A stretch of 64,000 nucleotides of DNA from an uncultured Acidobacteriota bacterium (GTDB lineage Bacteria; Acidobacteriota; UBA6911), in the NCBI GenBank assembly GCA_963809485.1, contig CAWEJX010000012.1, forward strand, positions 1 through 64,000. Direction: 5' to 3'. The notes beneath the pieces are model-generated. The model did no database searches. It was not told the origin of the DNA and saw nothing but the letters and a program-made list of their open reading frames with translations. A program made the position numbers and the translations under genes. Below, piece after piece: positions 33,540 to 44,625 of the stretch; positions within the stretch are counted from its first letter, which is position 1; each line of letters opens with the position of its first letter.

Positions 33540-33944
33540 ATGTCGACCGCGGCCAACAGGAGATCATGCCCCAGATTTCGGGTGCCTGGTGCAACGCTTT
33601 CTTACAGGGACGAGACATGTGAGGTGGTGAGCCTGAGTAGAGGCGGACTGGCCTTTTTGAGAAACGATCGCCTCAGACCTGGACAAAAGTTATCCGTCCT
33701 TCTCACTTTCTCTCCAAACCATGCTCCAATCCAGCTGCACGGGAAATCGATCTACTACATACAGAATCCCAACGAGGGCAATTGCTTTACTATCGGCATT
33801 AGTTTTGCACCCTTTTCAAAACGCCCGGGCCACAATTCTCCAGAATCCCTCAGGATTCTCAGACAACTGGAGCGTGCAAACAACCAACAAAGGGCGCATT
33901 CAATTCATCGGACCAGTCCCTCAATTCCCGCAGCCAATTCATGA
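33540..33944 (+). CDS. PilZ-domain protein
   Basis: NRRSCPRF (RxxxR) and SLSRGG; RBS aggagg. Confidence 0.75.
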   Translation: MSTAANRRSCPRFRVPGATLSYRDETCEVVSLSRGGLAFLRNDRLRPGQKLSVLLTFSPNHAPIQLHGKSIYYIQNPNEGNCFTIGISFAPFSKRPGHNSPESLRILRQLERANNQQRAHSIHRTSPSIPAANS

Positions 33945-34050
33945 GTTTATCTGGCAAGCTCAGAAATGTCTCAATGCGGGATTTGACATTTTGGGTGCAC
34001 TTGTAAAGCAGGCTGCATTTTTCAAACGACGGATTAGGGAAACAGCAACC

Positions 34051-34353
34051 GTGCAGAGGCAATCCAATACGACCGTATCCGGTACACCCTTCGGCACAGA
34101 AACCATCGAGGCAATTTGGAATAAAGCCAGGAGAGATGGACGCTTTGCTTACTATAGAAAAGACTGTTGCGGTGCAACGATCCATAAATACGACTATGGC
34201 AAGATTTCACCATTTGGCTGGGAGATCGATCACATTAAACCGGTTGCAAAAGGGGGGACTGACGATTCGAGTAATCTGCAGCCACTCCACTGGGAAAACA
34301 ATCGCCATAAGGATGATAATTGGCCTCAATGGGACTGTAAAAAAAATTGGTAG
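34051..34353 (+). CDS. HNH endonuclease
   Basis: KDCCG..WEIDHIKPVAKGGTDDSSNLQPLHWENNRHK; GTG start inferred. Confidence 0.8.
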   Translation: MQRQSNTTVSGTPFGTETIEAIWNKARRDGRFAYYRKDCCGATIHKYDYGKISPFGWEIDHIKPVAKGGTDDSSNLQPLHWENNRHKDDNWPQWDCKKNW

Positions 34354-34539
34354 AGGCGCTTCGTAACCCCAAAAGAAGCTACGCCAATAGCTTTAGAAAC
34401 AAGCTGCCCTCCTGTCGTGGGGGCTTCCCTCGGCAACCAGCAATAATACTCTCCTAACATGAATATCTATTTGACACCCGCCAGGAGTACCCAATTGTGA
34501 TGCTCGTAAGTTCATAGGCATGCGATGTGATTACCAGGT

Positions 34540-35405
34540 CCCCAGGTCTCCGCGCTAAATGGCCTCGACACTACACCGTCGATCATGAGCTTTAGATAAA
34601 AGCTGTAGTTTGGCTAGTTGGTCAGATCTACTGCTCTAAACTCCGGCTGAAATTCTCTCTCCAAAATCTCCGCATCCTCCGAACCTACCCGAAAGGAGAT
34701 GATGGTTCCTGCATTGCCTAATATGGCGTCTCGGATCTGCGGATCAATTTGGGAGAGGTATTGATGACTGAGGATAAGCCCTATCCCGTACTTCCTAAGC
34801 TCCGAAAGCATGGTGGCGAGGTCGAGCGTCGTGAAGTTTTGAAACTCATCCAAATAAAGATAAGAATCCCGGCATTCTGCCTCCGGCACTGCGGTCCGGC
34901 TCAACGCCGCCAGGGCGATCTTTGATACCAGCATGGCACCGAGGAGCGCGGCATTATCTTCCATGATCTTGCCTTTGGCCAGATTGACGAGCAGCATCTT
35001 TCCCTGATCCATCACCTGGCGCAAGTCGAATGTGCTTTGGGCTTGCGTCAGAATATTTCGCAGCGCGGGATTGGCCAAAAAGGCGCCGACCTTGTTTTGA
35101 ATGGGTGCAATGGCTTCAGCTCGAAACTGTTTGGGATAGCCCTCATATCCGCAGCCAAAATTGCCGCACTTGGGCATTAGCGACACCGCAGGCAACCTGC
35201 TTTCGGAAGGCGGCATTATCTAAAAGCCGCAGGACATCAGCTAGAGTCGCCTCATGCCGATCCAGCAATGCCAAGAACGCATTGCGTATGATGTGCTCTA
35301 GCCAAGGTCCCCAGGAGTCGGCCCAGATCTTTTTGAACACTTCCAGTGATTCGGATGCGGCCAGGGGTCTTTTGGCTGGAAGCACGGTTTCCAGGGGATT
35401 AAAGC
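34540..35405 (-). pseudogene. Type IV coupling protein (TraG/VirD4-like) remnant
   Basis: FKKIWADSWGP.LEHI.RN, APIQNKVGAFL, LVNLAKG, LYLDEFQNF, SELRKYG, AILGNAGT; frameshifts and stops. Confidence 0.8.
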
Positions 35406-36125
35406 CTAGAGCATCCCGGGCAAGATGGTCAGCATCGCTGGATTAAACACCAAGTGGGGCCGAATGCTTTTCATCAACATTGAGGCCAATGGCGATGCTC
35501 TGAAGCTCTTTGGCAGCCAGAAACAACTGGGTGATGCCATTATCGCCGCCGGGTATCCGCAACTAGCCAGCCACATCGACGAGAGGGTGGAATTATACAT
35601 CCCGTGCCGGATTACCACCAAGCAGAGTGAGGACGGCAGGCATCTCAATGTTGATCAGGTCTTTCCCTTCAATGGCGGTAATGGCGAGCGGAGGATGCGA
35701 TCATGACTAACCACACTCCATATCTCTCGCTTTCCCGAGTGAGCCGCTACCTGCACTGATCCGAGCAGTATCGTCGGTACTACGTAGAAAACCTCAACCC
35801 CCGAACTCCATCGGATATCCGTCCCTCCTCCGCGCATATGAGGTGGATTCCTTTTCTGCCAACGAATACACCGTCTCCTCGGGCGAACCTCATCCTGTCC
35901 AACCTTCGGCCGGCTCTTCGGCTGCTTTCCAAAGCTTTGGATTCGGGATTTTTCTGTAAAAATGCGAGCGGATATAGAAATTCGCCAAAGCCCAGACAGA
36001 ATTGGAAACTCAAACCCTTTTCGAGCGGGGCTCTTATTGCCGGCCCACACGGCCAATCCGGTATGCCCGGCCACATGGATTTTTGCCATTGCGGCCGCAA
36101 ATGAACGTTTGAAGGTTTCGGCGTT

Positions 36126-37058
36126 TCACGGGGACACGAAACCTGTTTCAATTCGATTGCGCCCCTTTTGCTTTGCCGCATATAGGCAGGCGTCCGCGCA
36201 CTCGATCAACCGGCTGCTTGACAGCGAGTCGGATGGAATTGTTGTCCCTGCCCCTATACTCAAAGTGACATGGCCGGCGGCCTCAGAAAATGCATGCGGA
36301 ATATTCGCGTTCTTCACTCGCTCCTGAAGCCGTTTCGCAACCAGCAGGACGCCTTGCGCGTCCGTTTCCGGGAGAAGCAGCGCAAACTCCTCTCCGCCAT
36401 AGCGAGCCGGGAGATCCGCTGACCGATACCCGATCCCTCTCAGAATCCAGGCTATGCGCTGCAGGCATTCGTCGCCGGCCAGATGTCCGTAGTGATCGTT
36501 ATACGCTTTGAAGAAATCAATATCCATCATCAGCAGGGAAATCGGGACTAGAGCGCGCCTGGCTCTTCTCCACTCATCTTCGAGGGATTCATTGAACTTG
36601 CGCCGGTTAGCGATCCCCGTCAGGCCGTCGAGAGTCGACAGTTCCTTCAGAATATCCCTGTAGCGTTTGAGTACAAGCTGATTGCGGACCCTGGCTCGAA
36701 CGATGGAAGGCCGGATGGGTTTGGTAATGTAGTCAATGCCTCCGGTGGTTAAACCTCTTGATTCCTCTTCCTCATTATCCATGGCCGTTACGAAAATCAC
36801 CGGGATATCGCGTGTGGCGGCGTTTGATTTCAACCTGGCGCACACTTCATATCCGTCCATATCGGGCATGACCACATCCAAAAGAATAACGTCCGGAAGT
36901 TCGACAGCAGCCAACTCAATCGCATCCTTTCCACTGGTGGCAAAAAGAATTTCGTATTCATTGCCAAGCACGCCATCGAGAACCTCGACATTGGTCGCCA
37001 CGTCATCCACAATCAACACGGTTTGCATTTTGCTTTTCATGTCATTATCGCTGATCAT
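36126..37058 (-). CDS. REC-GGDEF diguanylate cyclase response regulator
   Basis: LIVDD, LLDVVMPDMDG, DGLTGIANRR, RSAD I-site, ARYGGEEF. Confidence 0.93.
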   Translation of the reverse strand: MISDNDMKSKMQTVLIVDDVATNVEVLDGVLGNEYEILFATSGKDAIELAAVELPDVILLDVVMPDMDGYEVCARLKSNAATRDIPVIFVTAMDNEEEESRGLTTGGIDYITKPIRPSIVRARVRNQLVLKRYRDILKELSTLDGLTGIANRRKFNESLEDEWRRARRALVPISLLMMDIDFFKAYNDHYGHLAGDECLQRIAWILRGIGYRSADLPARYGGEEFALLLPETDAQGVLLVAKRLQERVKNANIPHAFSEAAGHVTLSIGAGTTIPSDSLSSSRLIECADACLYAAKQKGRNRIETGFVSP

Positions 37059-40000
37059 TGCAGCCCGGCCCTCACTTTAGCGGCGATCTCTTCCAGGACT
37101 CTCCTGGCCATCCTAAAATCAAAACAACTCATGTGCTCCTCAAACCGGCCGATGGGTTCGCCCAGTTTCGCCGTGTCGATCGTCTCCTTTAAAGCCGCCC
37201 ATTTCCCGCGGGCGCGCATGCTGTTTTTCTGCAACAGGGAGAGAAGTTCCAGAATCATGTCTTCAACCATTTCACTATCGCCGGGGGAGACGGCCGGCGC
37301 CGGATGCGGAGCGGTATTCGCCTGCGCCGCCTGCGGGCTCAAACCCTCGGCGATAACGCGAAATGCATTTTCCAGCCTGTCGAGTTCCTCCGCAATTGCG
37401 GCGGAACGCGGTTGTTGCAGCAGGATGTCCAGGCGCTCCGCAATCGAGAAAATGGTGCCGGCGGAAAGATTACCGGCGACGCCTTTTAGAGTGTGGACCG
37501 CACGGCTGGCCGAGACAACATCTCCTCGGTCCAGCAACCGTCGAATTCGCACGGGATCGTTGGAATGACTCGAGACAAAATCATTCACCACCTTCTTTAG
37601 CAACGCGCGGTTTCCCATCAACCTGACCATCGCCGCTTTCATATCGATTCCCGGGATGTCATCCTCTGCATCCGCCTCGCGAGCCTCGGGCCGCAAGGTT
37701 CCGGCGCCGATTGAAGGGGCCGTCGCGCCCGCCGGTTTTGGCTGGATCCATTTTATAAGCTCATCCCTCAGAGCATCCGGCTCTATCGGTTTGGTGACAA
37801 CGCCGTTCATCCCCGCCTGCAGGCAGCGCTGCCTTTCGGACTGGAGCGCATGCGCGGTCATGGCCAGGATGGGGAGGGTTTCCTTGCCGGTGTTTGCACG
37901 GATTCTGATGGTTGCGGCGAAGCCGTCCATCACCGGCATTTGCAGATCCATCAGAACGGCATGGAACCGTGCTCCGCCCTGATCGATCCTGTCGACGGCC
38001 AATTGACCGTTGGCTGCTATTTCGACCGTAGCCCCGAAATTCTCCAGAAGCTCGCGCGCCACCTGCTGGTTGATTTCATTATCTTCAACGACGAGCAGAT
38101 GAGCCCCGGCCAGAGTCTTTCCTGCCTCCGTCCGGCGCGGCTCCATCGTCCCTTCCTGTGTCTCCTCGCGGCCGAAGGCTTCCGCAAGCGCATCAAACAA
38201 CATGGAAGAGTTAACCGGTTTTACCAGGAAGGCGTCGAGTCCCATCTGCCGGGCTTGAAGCATGGCTTCCTCGCGGCCGAAAGCCGTGATCATAAAGATC
38301 TTTGGAGGGCGTGGAACACGCATGTTGTTTCTGATCCGCCGGGCCGTCTCGAAGCCGTCCAGGTCCGGCATTCTCCAGTCCAGGACGACAAGATCCAGGG
38401 CGTTGTCCTCCTGTTCCAGGGCCTGCAATACGGCACGGCCTGACTCCACGGCCGTCACGTCACAGGACAGATCGCGGAGCATCTGCAGCATCACCTCCCG
38501 GTCGTGAGAGTTGTCGTCCGCTACCAGCACCTTCAGTCGGCGTTTGTGCAGAAGGTCCCTTTTTGCAGCCAGGGGGATTTCAGTCTGCAGGCCTGCGGCG
38601 ATGGTAAAAGTGAAGGTGCTGCCTTTCCCGGGGAGGCTTTCCACGCCGATATGGCCGCCCATTCGTTCCAACAGCTGCTTGCTGATGATGAGTCCAAGCC
38701 CGGTCCCGCCGTGTTTTCGGGTAATCGAGCTGTCGGCCTGGGCAAAAGGCTGGAAAAGCTTCTGCCGCTGCTCCTCCGTCATCCCGATCCCCGTATCGCG
38801 CACAGAAAAACGCAGTATGGCATTTTCCGCATCTTTGGAATCCAGGCTGGTGGACACAACGATCTCTCCGGTCTGGGTGAACTTCAGTGAATTACCGATC
38901 AGGTTTGTCAGTATTTGTCCTATTCGCAGCGGATCCCCCCGCAGGTCTTGAGGGACATTCCCATCCGTCTCGAACCGGATCTTGAGCCCCTTCTCCTCGG
39001 CCCTCTGGAAAAAGATATTGGCAATGTTGTTCAACATCTGGCTCAGCTTAAAAGGGATCGTCTCGATTTCCAGCTTGCCGGCTTCAATTTTTGAGATATC
39101 GAGAATGTCGTTGATGATTCTCATCAACGTATTTGCCGAGGATTGAATCTTGACAAGATAGTCCTGCTGCTTGGGGGGCAGGCTGCCTTTCGCTGCCAGG
39201 TGGCTCAGGCCGATAATGGCGTTCATGGGAGTTCTTATCTCATGGCTCATGTGCGCCAGAAATTCGCTTTTGGCTTCGGTCGCGGCTTCAGCGGCCGCCT
39301 TGGCTTTGTGCAAGGCAATCTGCATCTCCCTTTTTTCCGTGATGTCCGTGGTGATGACAATATACTGCTGTCCCCCGATCGAATTTTGGGATATCGCCGA
39401 CAAAGAAACCCAGAAAACGCTGCCATCCTTGCGTTTGGCTTCTATCTCAATGGCCTTTCCTCTGTGTCCCTCGCCGATGAATCGAAGCAGCCGATTCCTG
39501 TCGTCCGGATTTCTGAAAAGGTCGCGGACCGAATGCGACCTCATATCTTCTTCCGAATCATAGCCGTACATGTCGACCAGTGTCCTGTTCACATCCAGGA
39601 TGCGTCCGTCCGGAGTCGACATGGAGATGCCCACGGGAGCGTTCTCGATCAGGGCGCGGAATCTGGCTTCGGAAGCCGTCAGGGATTCCTCCGCCTTTTT
39701 GCGCTCCGTAATGTCCACGATATTTCCGAGCGTAGTCTTCCTGCCCTGAAACAAGATCGGGCTGACAGTTTCGAGCACCCAGCGGGTTTCGCCGGTCTTT
39801 CTTTGAATACGGAATTCATAGGAATACATCTCTCCCAGATTTCCGTTCTTAAGCATATGGATGGCGCTGGTTCGGACGAAATCCCTGTCATCGGCAAAGA
39901 CATAACTCAGCGTGTCGCCGCCGATCAATTCGGTTGAATCGTAGCCGGTGATTTCCTCGAATTTGGGATTGACATAAATAAACTTGCCGTTCTGAATCAG

Positions 40001-40078
40001 GTATATTCCGGTCAACGACTTGTTGGCCAGCGTTTCGAATAGATATTGCGAATCTTTTGGCGTCCTGCCCCTTTTCAT
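37055..40078 (-). CDS. Hybrid sensor histidine kinase (PAS-PAS-HisKA-HATPase-REC-REC-Hpt)
   Basis: MSHEIRTPMN, GGTGLGL, two receiver domains, HTLKGVAGN Hpt. Confidence 0.93.
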   Translation of the reverse strand: MKRGRTPKDSQYLFETLANKSLTGIYLIQNGKFIYVNPKFEEITGYDSTELIGGDTLSYVFADDRDFVRTSAIHMLKNGNLGEMYSYEFRIQRKTGETRWVLETVSPILFQGRKTTLGNIVDITERKKAEESLTASEARFRALIENAPVGISMSTPDGRILDVNRTLVDMYGYDSEEDMRSHSVRDLFRNPDDRNRLLRFIGEGHRGKAIEIEAKRKDGSVFWVSLSAISQNSIGGQQYIVITTDITEKREMQIALHKAKAAAEAATEAKSEFLAHMSHEIRTPMNAIIGLSHLAAKGSLPPKQQDYLVKIQSSANTLMRIINDILDISKIEAGKLEIETIPFKLSQMLNNIANIFFQRAEEKGLKIRFETDGNVPQDLRGDPLRIGQILTNLIGNSLKFTQTGEIVVSTSLDSKDAENAILRFSVRDTGIGMTEEQRQKLFQPFAQADSSITRKHGGTGLGLIISKQLLERMGGHIGVESLPGKGSTFTFTIAAGLQTEIPLAAKRDLLHKRRLKVLVADDNSHDREVMLQMLRDLSCDVTAVESGRAVLQALEQEDNALDLVVLDWRMPDLDGFETARRIRNNMRVPRPPKIFMITAFGREEAMLQARQMGLDAFLVKPVNSSMLFDALAEAFGREETQEGTMEPRRTEAGKTLAGAHLLVVEDNEINQQVARELLENFGATVEIAANGQLAVDRIDQGGARFHAVLMDLQMPVMDGFAATIRIRANTGKETLPILAMTAHALQSERQRCLQAGMNGVVTKPIEPDALRDELIKWIQPKPAGATAPSIGAGTLRPEAREADAEDDIPGIDMKAAMVRLMGNRALLKKVVNDFVSSHSNDPVRIRRLLDRGDVVSASRAVHTLKGVAGNLSAGTIFSIAERLDILLQQPRSAAIAEELDRLENAFRVIAEGLSPQAAQANTAPHPAPAVSPGDSEMVEDMILELLSLLQKNSMRARGKWAALKETIDTAKLGEPIGRFEEHMSCFDFRMARRVLEEIAAKVRAGLQ

Positions 40079-40716
40079 ACGGGTGCTCCCGAAGCTTTGT
40101 CATCATCAAGCACGATGCACCTCCCGTACCGAGGCTGTGCCGGCGCAACAACCCGCATAAGTGCTTTTGGGCAGGCTCGGATTCCTTTTGTGCGATGTGC
40201 TATATCTAAAAACGCAAATTGGGGGAATCTGCCTACTGAATATCCAAAATTTATTGGAGGGAAAGGCGCTTAGGGGACTGCATCGACAAAATATTGTCAG
40301 GCTGCAATGCCCAAATCGGTAAAAAGCCGTTGCATGTCTATACAAAGAGTTCTGTAGTGCTCGTCAATCGAGCTCCAGTTTCTTGGTTTTCTGCCCATCC
40401 TGGGTTTTCGCTGCATTTTGACCGACTAAATAGAGTATCAATGGGGTTTTTGCGGGCTTTTCGGGATTCTTTTTATAGCTCCTATCACTGCTACTGAATT
40501 CAAAAACTGAAGTAAGTATTGGACCATTTTTCTACTCTCATGAGTGTGGGCAAGTCTCTTTAACACGCGGTGCTTCAGAAAAGTATGGCAACTGATGCCA
40601 CCGTAGCACTGTGTGCCACGATAGCGCCTGTATCTACGGCAGCATTCTGCGCCATGGCGCCACATTCTATCGAGACAGCCTTCTATTTCACTTTTATCAT
40701 TGTCCGGAGCCAAACC

Positions 40717-41042
40717 ATGAAAGCGGAAGAGATTCTTTTGCCAGATCCGATTGAAATCCCGGCCGAAATCATTGCATCGGTTATTACTCGCCTTTCCAGT
40801 CTTCAAACGGCATTGGCGGCGCGACTAATCCAAATGCCGACAAGCTCGAGTCGGCAAGATTCCACGCCGGAGCATGAAGATGAACTCCTGACGGCTGCAG
40901 ATGCGGCAAAGCTGCTTAACGTAAGCGAGGATTGGATCTATCGCCGAGCAGGCCGATTGCCGTTTGTGCGGCGGCTGTCAAAAGAACTCTGAGAATCAGC
41001 AAGGCCGGTCTGATGAAATGGCATGCCGCAAGAGTGGGATGA
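40717..41042 (+). CDS. Excisionase-like HTH protein (frameshift ~40980)
   Basis: LLTAADAAKLLNVSEDWIYRRA..LPFVRRLS / RTLRISKAGLMKW. Confidence 0.7.
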
Positions 41043-41057
41043 TTAAGGACAGAACAA

Positions 41058-42266
41058 ATGAGTGAACGGGGAATGGGCCGTATTTATCAGCCCATGTATA
41101 AAAACAAACGTGGCAAATGGCAACGCAGTGCAATCTGGTGGATTGCTTATTATCACAATGGGTACGAATTGCGTGAATCCTCCGGATCAAAGAATAGGGG
41201 TGATGCACGCAGGCTTCTCAGGGACAAACTGGCCGCATCGACAACGGGTACCCTAATCACGGGACATGCACAGCGGCTTCAATTTAGTGATCTTGTAGAC
41301 AAGCTATATCTGGATTATCGACGTAACAGCAGGCGATCGATCGATCGTGTTGAGGATGCGGTCTCACACTTGGAGTATTACTTCAGTGAATTCCGAGCCA
41401 GCGATATCTCGGATGAAGCCATAGAACAATATGTGGATCAGAGGCTGGATGTCCATAGTGCTGCGGTTACCACCGTTAAATACGAGCTTGCCTTGCTCAA
41501 GCGCATGTTCGCTCTCTCATGCAAACCCCTTCCTGTTCGCCCCGATTTCCCATGTCTCCGTCTCAATAATGTCCGAAAGGGATTTTTTGAAGATTCGGAG
41601 TTTTTCAAACTGAAGGAACAAATTGATATGGATTTACGGCCGGTAATGGAATTTGCCTATCTCACCGGATGGAGAATCAAAAGCGAAATTCCTCCATTGA
41701 GGTGGGGAGTGAATGTGGACTTTGTAGCTGGTGAAGTTCGATTAGAGCCGGGAACGACCCAAAATGGTGATGGAAGGGTGTTTCCCTTTCATGTGCTACC
41801 CGAGCTTGCTGATATGTTGGAGCGACAAAGATCCCACACTCGCGCTCTCGAGATTGATACGCACAAGACTATCCCCTGGGTGTTTCATCGACAAGGGAAC
41901 AGGATAAAGGACTTTCGTGTAGCGTGGCGCAAAGCTGTTATAGCAGCGGAAATTCCAGAAAAAATTCCGCATGATTTCCGCCGCACAGCTGTGCGGAATC
42001 TCGAACGGGCCGGCGTGCCCCGATCAGTAGCGATGAAACTGGTCGGGCACAAAACCGAAAGCGTTTACAGACGGTACGCGATTGTGGCAAAACAGGACTT
42101 GATTGACGGCTTGAAACGACTTGCCGAACATCGCACAATGGCAAAGACAGAATCAAAAATTCAAGAGGATGTCGGTGGCTCGGTGCCGAAAAATTCACTT
42201 ACCGTGAACTACAGCGAATTAGCGCGAAAATGGCGGAAATTGAGGGGGGGGGGAAACCAAAACTAA
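41058..42266 (+). CDS. Second tyrosine integrase, possibly inactivated
   Basis: LTGWRIKSEI, HDFRRTAVRN, LVGHKTESVYRRY; expected catalytic Lys (TTKNG) reads TTQNG. Confidence 0.88.
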   Translation: MSERGMGRIYQPMYKNKRGKWQRSAIWWIAYYHNGYELRESSGSKNRGDARRLLRDKLAASTTGTLITGHAQRLQFSDLVDKLYLDYRRNSRRSIDRVEDAVSHLEYYFSEFRASDISDEAIEQYVDQRLDVHSAAVTTVKYELALLKRMFALSCKPLPVRPDFPCLRLNNVRKGFFEDSEFFKLKEQIDMDLRPVMEFAYLTGWRIKSEIPPLRWGVNVDFVAGEVRLEPGTTQNGDGRVFPFHVLPELADMLERQRSHTRALEIDTHKTIPWVFHRQGNRIKDFRVAWRKAVIAAEIPEKIPHDFRRTAVRNLERAGVPRSVAMKLVGHKTESVYRRYAIVAKQDLIDGLKRLAEHRTMAKTESKIQEDVGGSVPKNSLTVNYSELARKWRKLRGGGNQN

Positions 42267-42321
42267 ACTGTTGATAGGCCGCAATAAGCCGCAGTTGTCG
42301 CAAAATTCCGATATTTTGAAA

Positions 42322-42378
42322 AGGACTGAAAATCCTGGGCTGCGCAAGGAGCGCGCGGATTCAATTCCCGCCTTCTCT
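42322..42378 (+). other. Degenerate 3' fragment of a long-variable-arm tRNA (Leu-like); candidate attP relic
   Basis: AGGACTGAAAATCCT anticodon-like arm, GCAA-loop variable arm, GCGGATTCAATTCCCGC T-arm-like segment just downstream of the integrase. Confidence 0.5.
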
Positions 42379-42601
42379 TCAAATGAAATGCCATGAAACC
42401 ACGCGCAATAACCTGATCGGGCCGCGTTTCCCAAGTCGGCGCTTTTGTGGCGGGTGAAGGGGGGAGCTGTGCCAAAAACCGTGCCAGAAATTAACCATTT
42501 GAGGGGATTTCAGTTAGAGGGTGTTCCGCGAGGACCCACCGAACCCGCTGAAATTGAATTGTTTACGGATTAGTCGCGGATTGGTCCGGCGGAATCTGCG
42601 C

Positions 42602-42647
<46 letters not shown>

Positions 42648-42660
42648 GAAATGCGGCAAT

Positions 42661-42689
42661 ACTATAGCTGTTTCTGAAACACTCCGCAA
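42661..42689 (-). promoter_or_regulatory. Displaced candidate tRNA promoter
   Basis: TTGCGG-17 bp-TATAGT, 18 nt upstream of the tRNA 5' fragment. Confidence 0.6.
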
Positions 42690-42742
42690 TGACCGATTTT
42701 AGCCCGGTTTGGCCCTAAGCCCGGCCCGGCAATTCCCATGCC

Positions 42743-42990
42743 TCATCCTACGGCTTTCTTCTCCTGCCTGCGAGCGGCATGCCCGCTCCCAGTCTGTCGA
42801 GCCATTGCCTGCACCGGTGATCCCCGAGAGTATTTTGCACTATGCTCCTCCGATACCGATACCGAGTTATGACCCGGCGCAGACTGGAGGAAATGTAGAT
42901 CGCCGCCGCACTCCGCAGCCTCAATCGCGAATGCCGGCCGCAGATCCCGGATCCGCAACCAGGGATAGCCGGCTGCTTTCCATGATACTC
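42743..42990 (-). pseudogene. Third, heavily decayed copy of the tRNA-Arg integrase C-terminus
   Basis: RIRDLRPAFAIEAAECG..HFLQSAPGHNSVSVSEE.SAKY. Confidence 0.75.
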
Positions 42991-43430
42991 GACAGCCATA
43001 CCTGTAATTGCAGCAGGATCAAGATGTTTGATACGGTTGTTGGGAACAGCTTTACCTTATTGCAAAAAACGCGCTATGATTCTAATCCTAAGCCGCGTCA
43101 CCGGCGGACGGCCCTGGCGGTATTTTCATGCTCCGCGGCGATAAGTGTTTCCATGTCTGTCATCCTTTCCGTCAGGCTGGTTCAAACGTTCCGCGACCCA
43201 ATCAGTGGGACGTTCTCCCAGGTCTATACGGGAAACGCTTGCATGGGGCCCGTGATGAACGCCGTTAAAATGCAGCGAGGCTAGGGAGCGGCTGCACATT
43301 TTTGCAGGAGTGTTAGCGCGAAAATAATTCGGCCTGATATATGTTCGCAACACTATCCATACTGATGGTAATACCTGCCACGCTTTCCCTGGCGGGTTTC
43401 AGGAATGTCAGACAATTTGAATAACGGGAG

Positions 43431-44255
43431 ATGAATATGGAATACCAAGAAAGCAATGTCATGATCGATGGGACTAAAATCCACTACTACCGTTCCGGCG
43501 GGAAGAAACCGCCTATTGTGCTGCTGCACGGCGCAACGGACGACGGGCTTTGCTGGGGGCGGACGGCGCAAGAACTTGCGGAGCGCTATGACGTCATCAT
43601 GCCGGACGCGCAAGGGCACGGGCTTTCCGATAGACTGGGCCCGGATTTTTCCTTCGAAAACCAAGCGAAACAGGCGGCCGGCCTGGTCAAAGAACTGGGG
43701 CTGGAAAAGCCGATCATTATGGGGCATTCCATGGGCGCGGGGACAACCTGTAACGTAGCGATGGAGTTCCCTGATCTGCCTAAAGCCATTATCCTGGAAG
43801 ATCCCGCCTGGGGCATGTTTCCGCCAAAGCCGGAAAACGCCGAAGCAGCCAGGAAAAACCACGAGGAAATACGGGCTTATCAAACGGAAGTAGCCAAACT
43901 GCCGCTGGAAGAAATAAAGGCCAGATGCCGCAAGGACAACCCGACCTGGCCCGAAGATGAAGTCATCACCTGGGCACATTCCAGAAAACTGTGGGACAAA
44001 GCCCTTTTTGACAGAATTGGTGTTCCTTCACGCCCCTATGAAGAGATCGTCACAAGAATTCAGTGCCCTACCTTGCTCATCATCGCGGAAAAAGGCATCG
44101 TGTCCAGAGAAACGGCGGAAAACGCAGCCAGGCTCTGGAAATCAAAAGCGCCGTTTCAGTGGGTATACATCAAAGGCGCAGGGCACAGCATACGCCGCGA
44201 GCAGTACGCAGCTTTCAAAAGCGCATTATTTGACTGGCTGGATACGCTTAAGTAG
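43431..44255 (+). CDS. Alpha/beta hydrolase
   Basis: LLHGATD, DAQGHGLS, GHSMG, GAGH. Confidence 0.92.
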   Translation: MNMEYQESNVMIDGTKIHYYRSGGKKPPIVLLHGATDDGLCWGRTAQELAERYDVIMPDAQGHGLSDRLGPDFSFENQAKQAAGLVKELGLEKPIIMGHSMGAGTTCNVAMEFPDLPKAIILEDPAWGMFPPKPENAEAARKNHEEIRAYQTEVAKLPLEEIKARCRKDNPTWPEDEVITWAHSRKLWDKALFDRIGVPSRPYEEIVTRIQCPTLLIIAEKGIVSRETAENAARLWKSKAPFQWVYIKGAGHSIRREQYAAFKSALFDWLDTLK

Positions 44256-44314
44256 CCACTCGAACACCGCGCATACGGTTCACCCTGCAGCAACGCAGTC
44301 CGGGAGCGGCAGCT

Positions 44315-44332
44315 TGTCTCATTTTTGTGACA
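44315..44332. promoter_or_regulatory. Candidate operator TGTCTCA-N4-TGTGACA
   Basis: Same geometry as the palindrome at 52035-52064; TATAAT ~30 bp downstream, ahead of an esterase gene. Confidence 0.5.
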
Positions 44333-44625
44333 TAAGAAAGCGACATCGACCCGACCCCGATGTATAATGCGGCTCTAAGTGAGCGCAGACAGCGAAGTCG
44401 ATCCTAATCGGCCAAAGGGAGAGCAAGCACGGACGCGCGTCGTCAGCCGGATGTGAAAACTGACGGGCGGTGAGGCAGCTTATAGCTTCCTTCCATCGCG
44501 GGCGGAACATCCAGAACTCAATCGTTGCTGCGCTCCTCGATGGCGGTAGAATCGTCCTCATGTTGCGTTAGGGATACAGCTGTGTTGCAGCGAACGGGCC
44601 GCGATGTGCCCTGAGAGGAGGCAAA

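Noticed and set aside
35425-35706. 93-aa ORF next to the coupling-protein remnant
   Set aside because: No recognisable motif; probably a fragment, so no product can be assigned
42322-42378. Functional tRNA-Phe (GAA)
   Set aside because: No 5' half or acceptor stem; a long variable arm does not fit Phe
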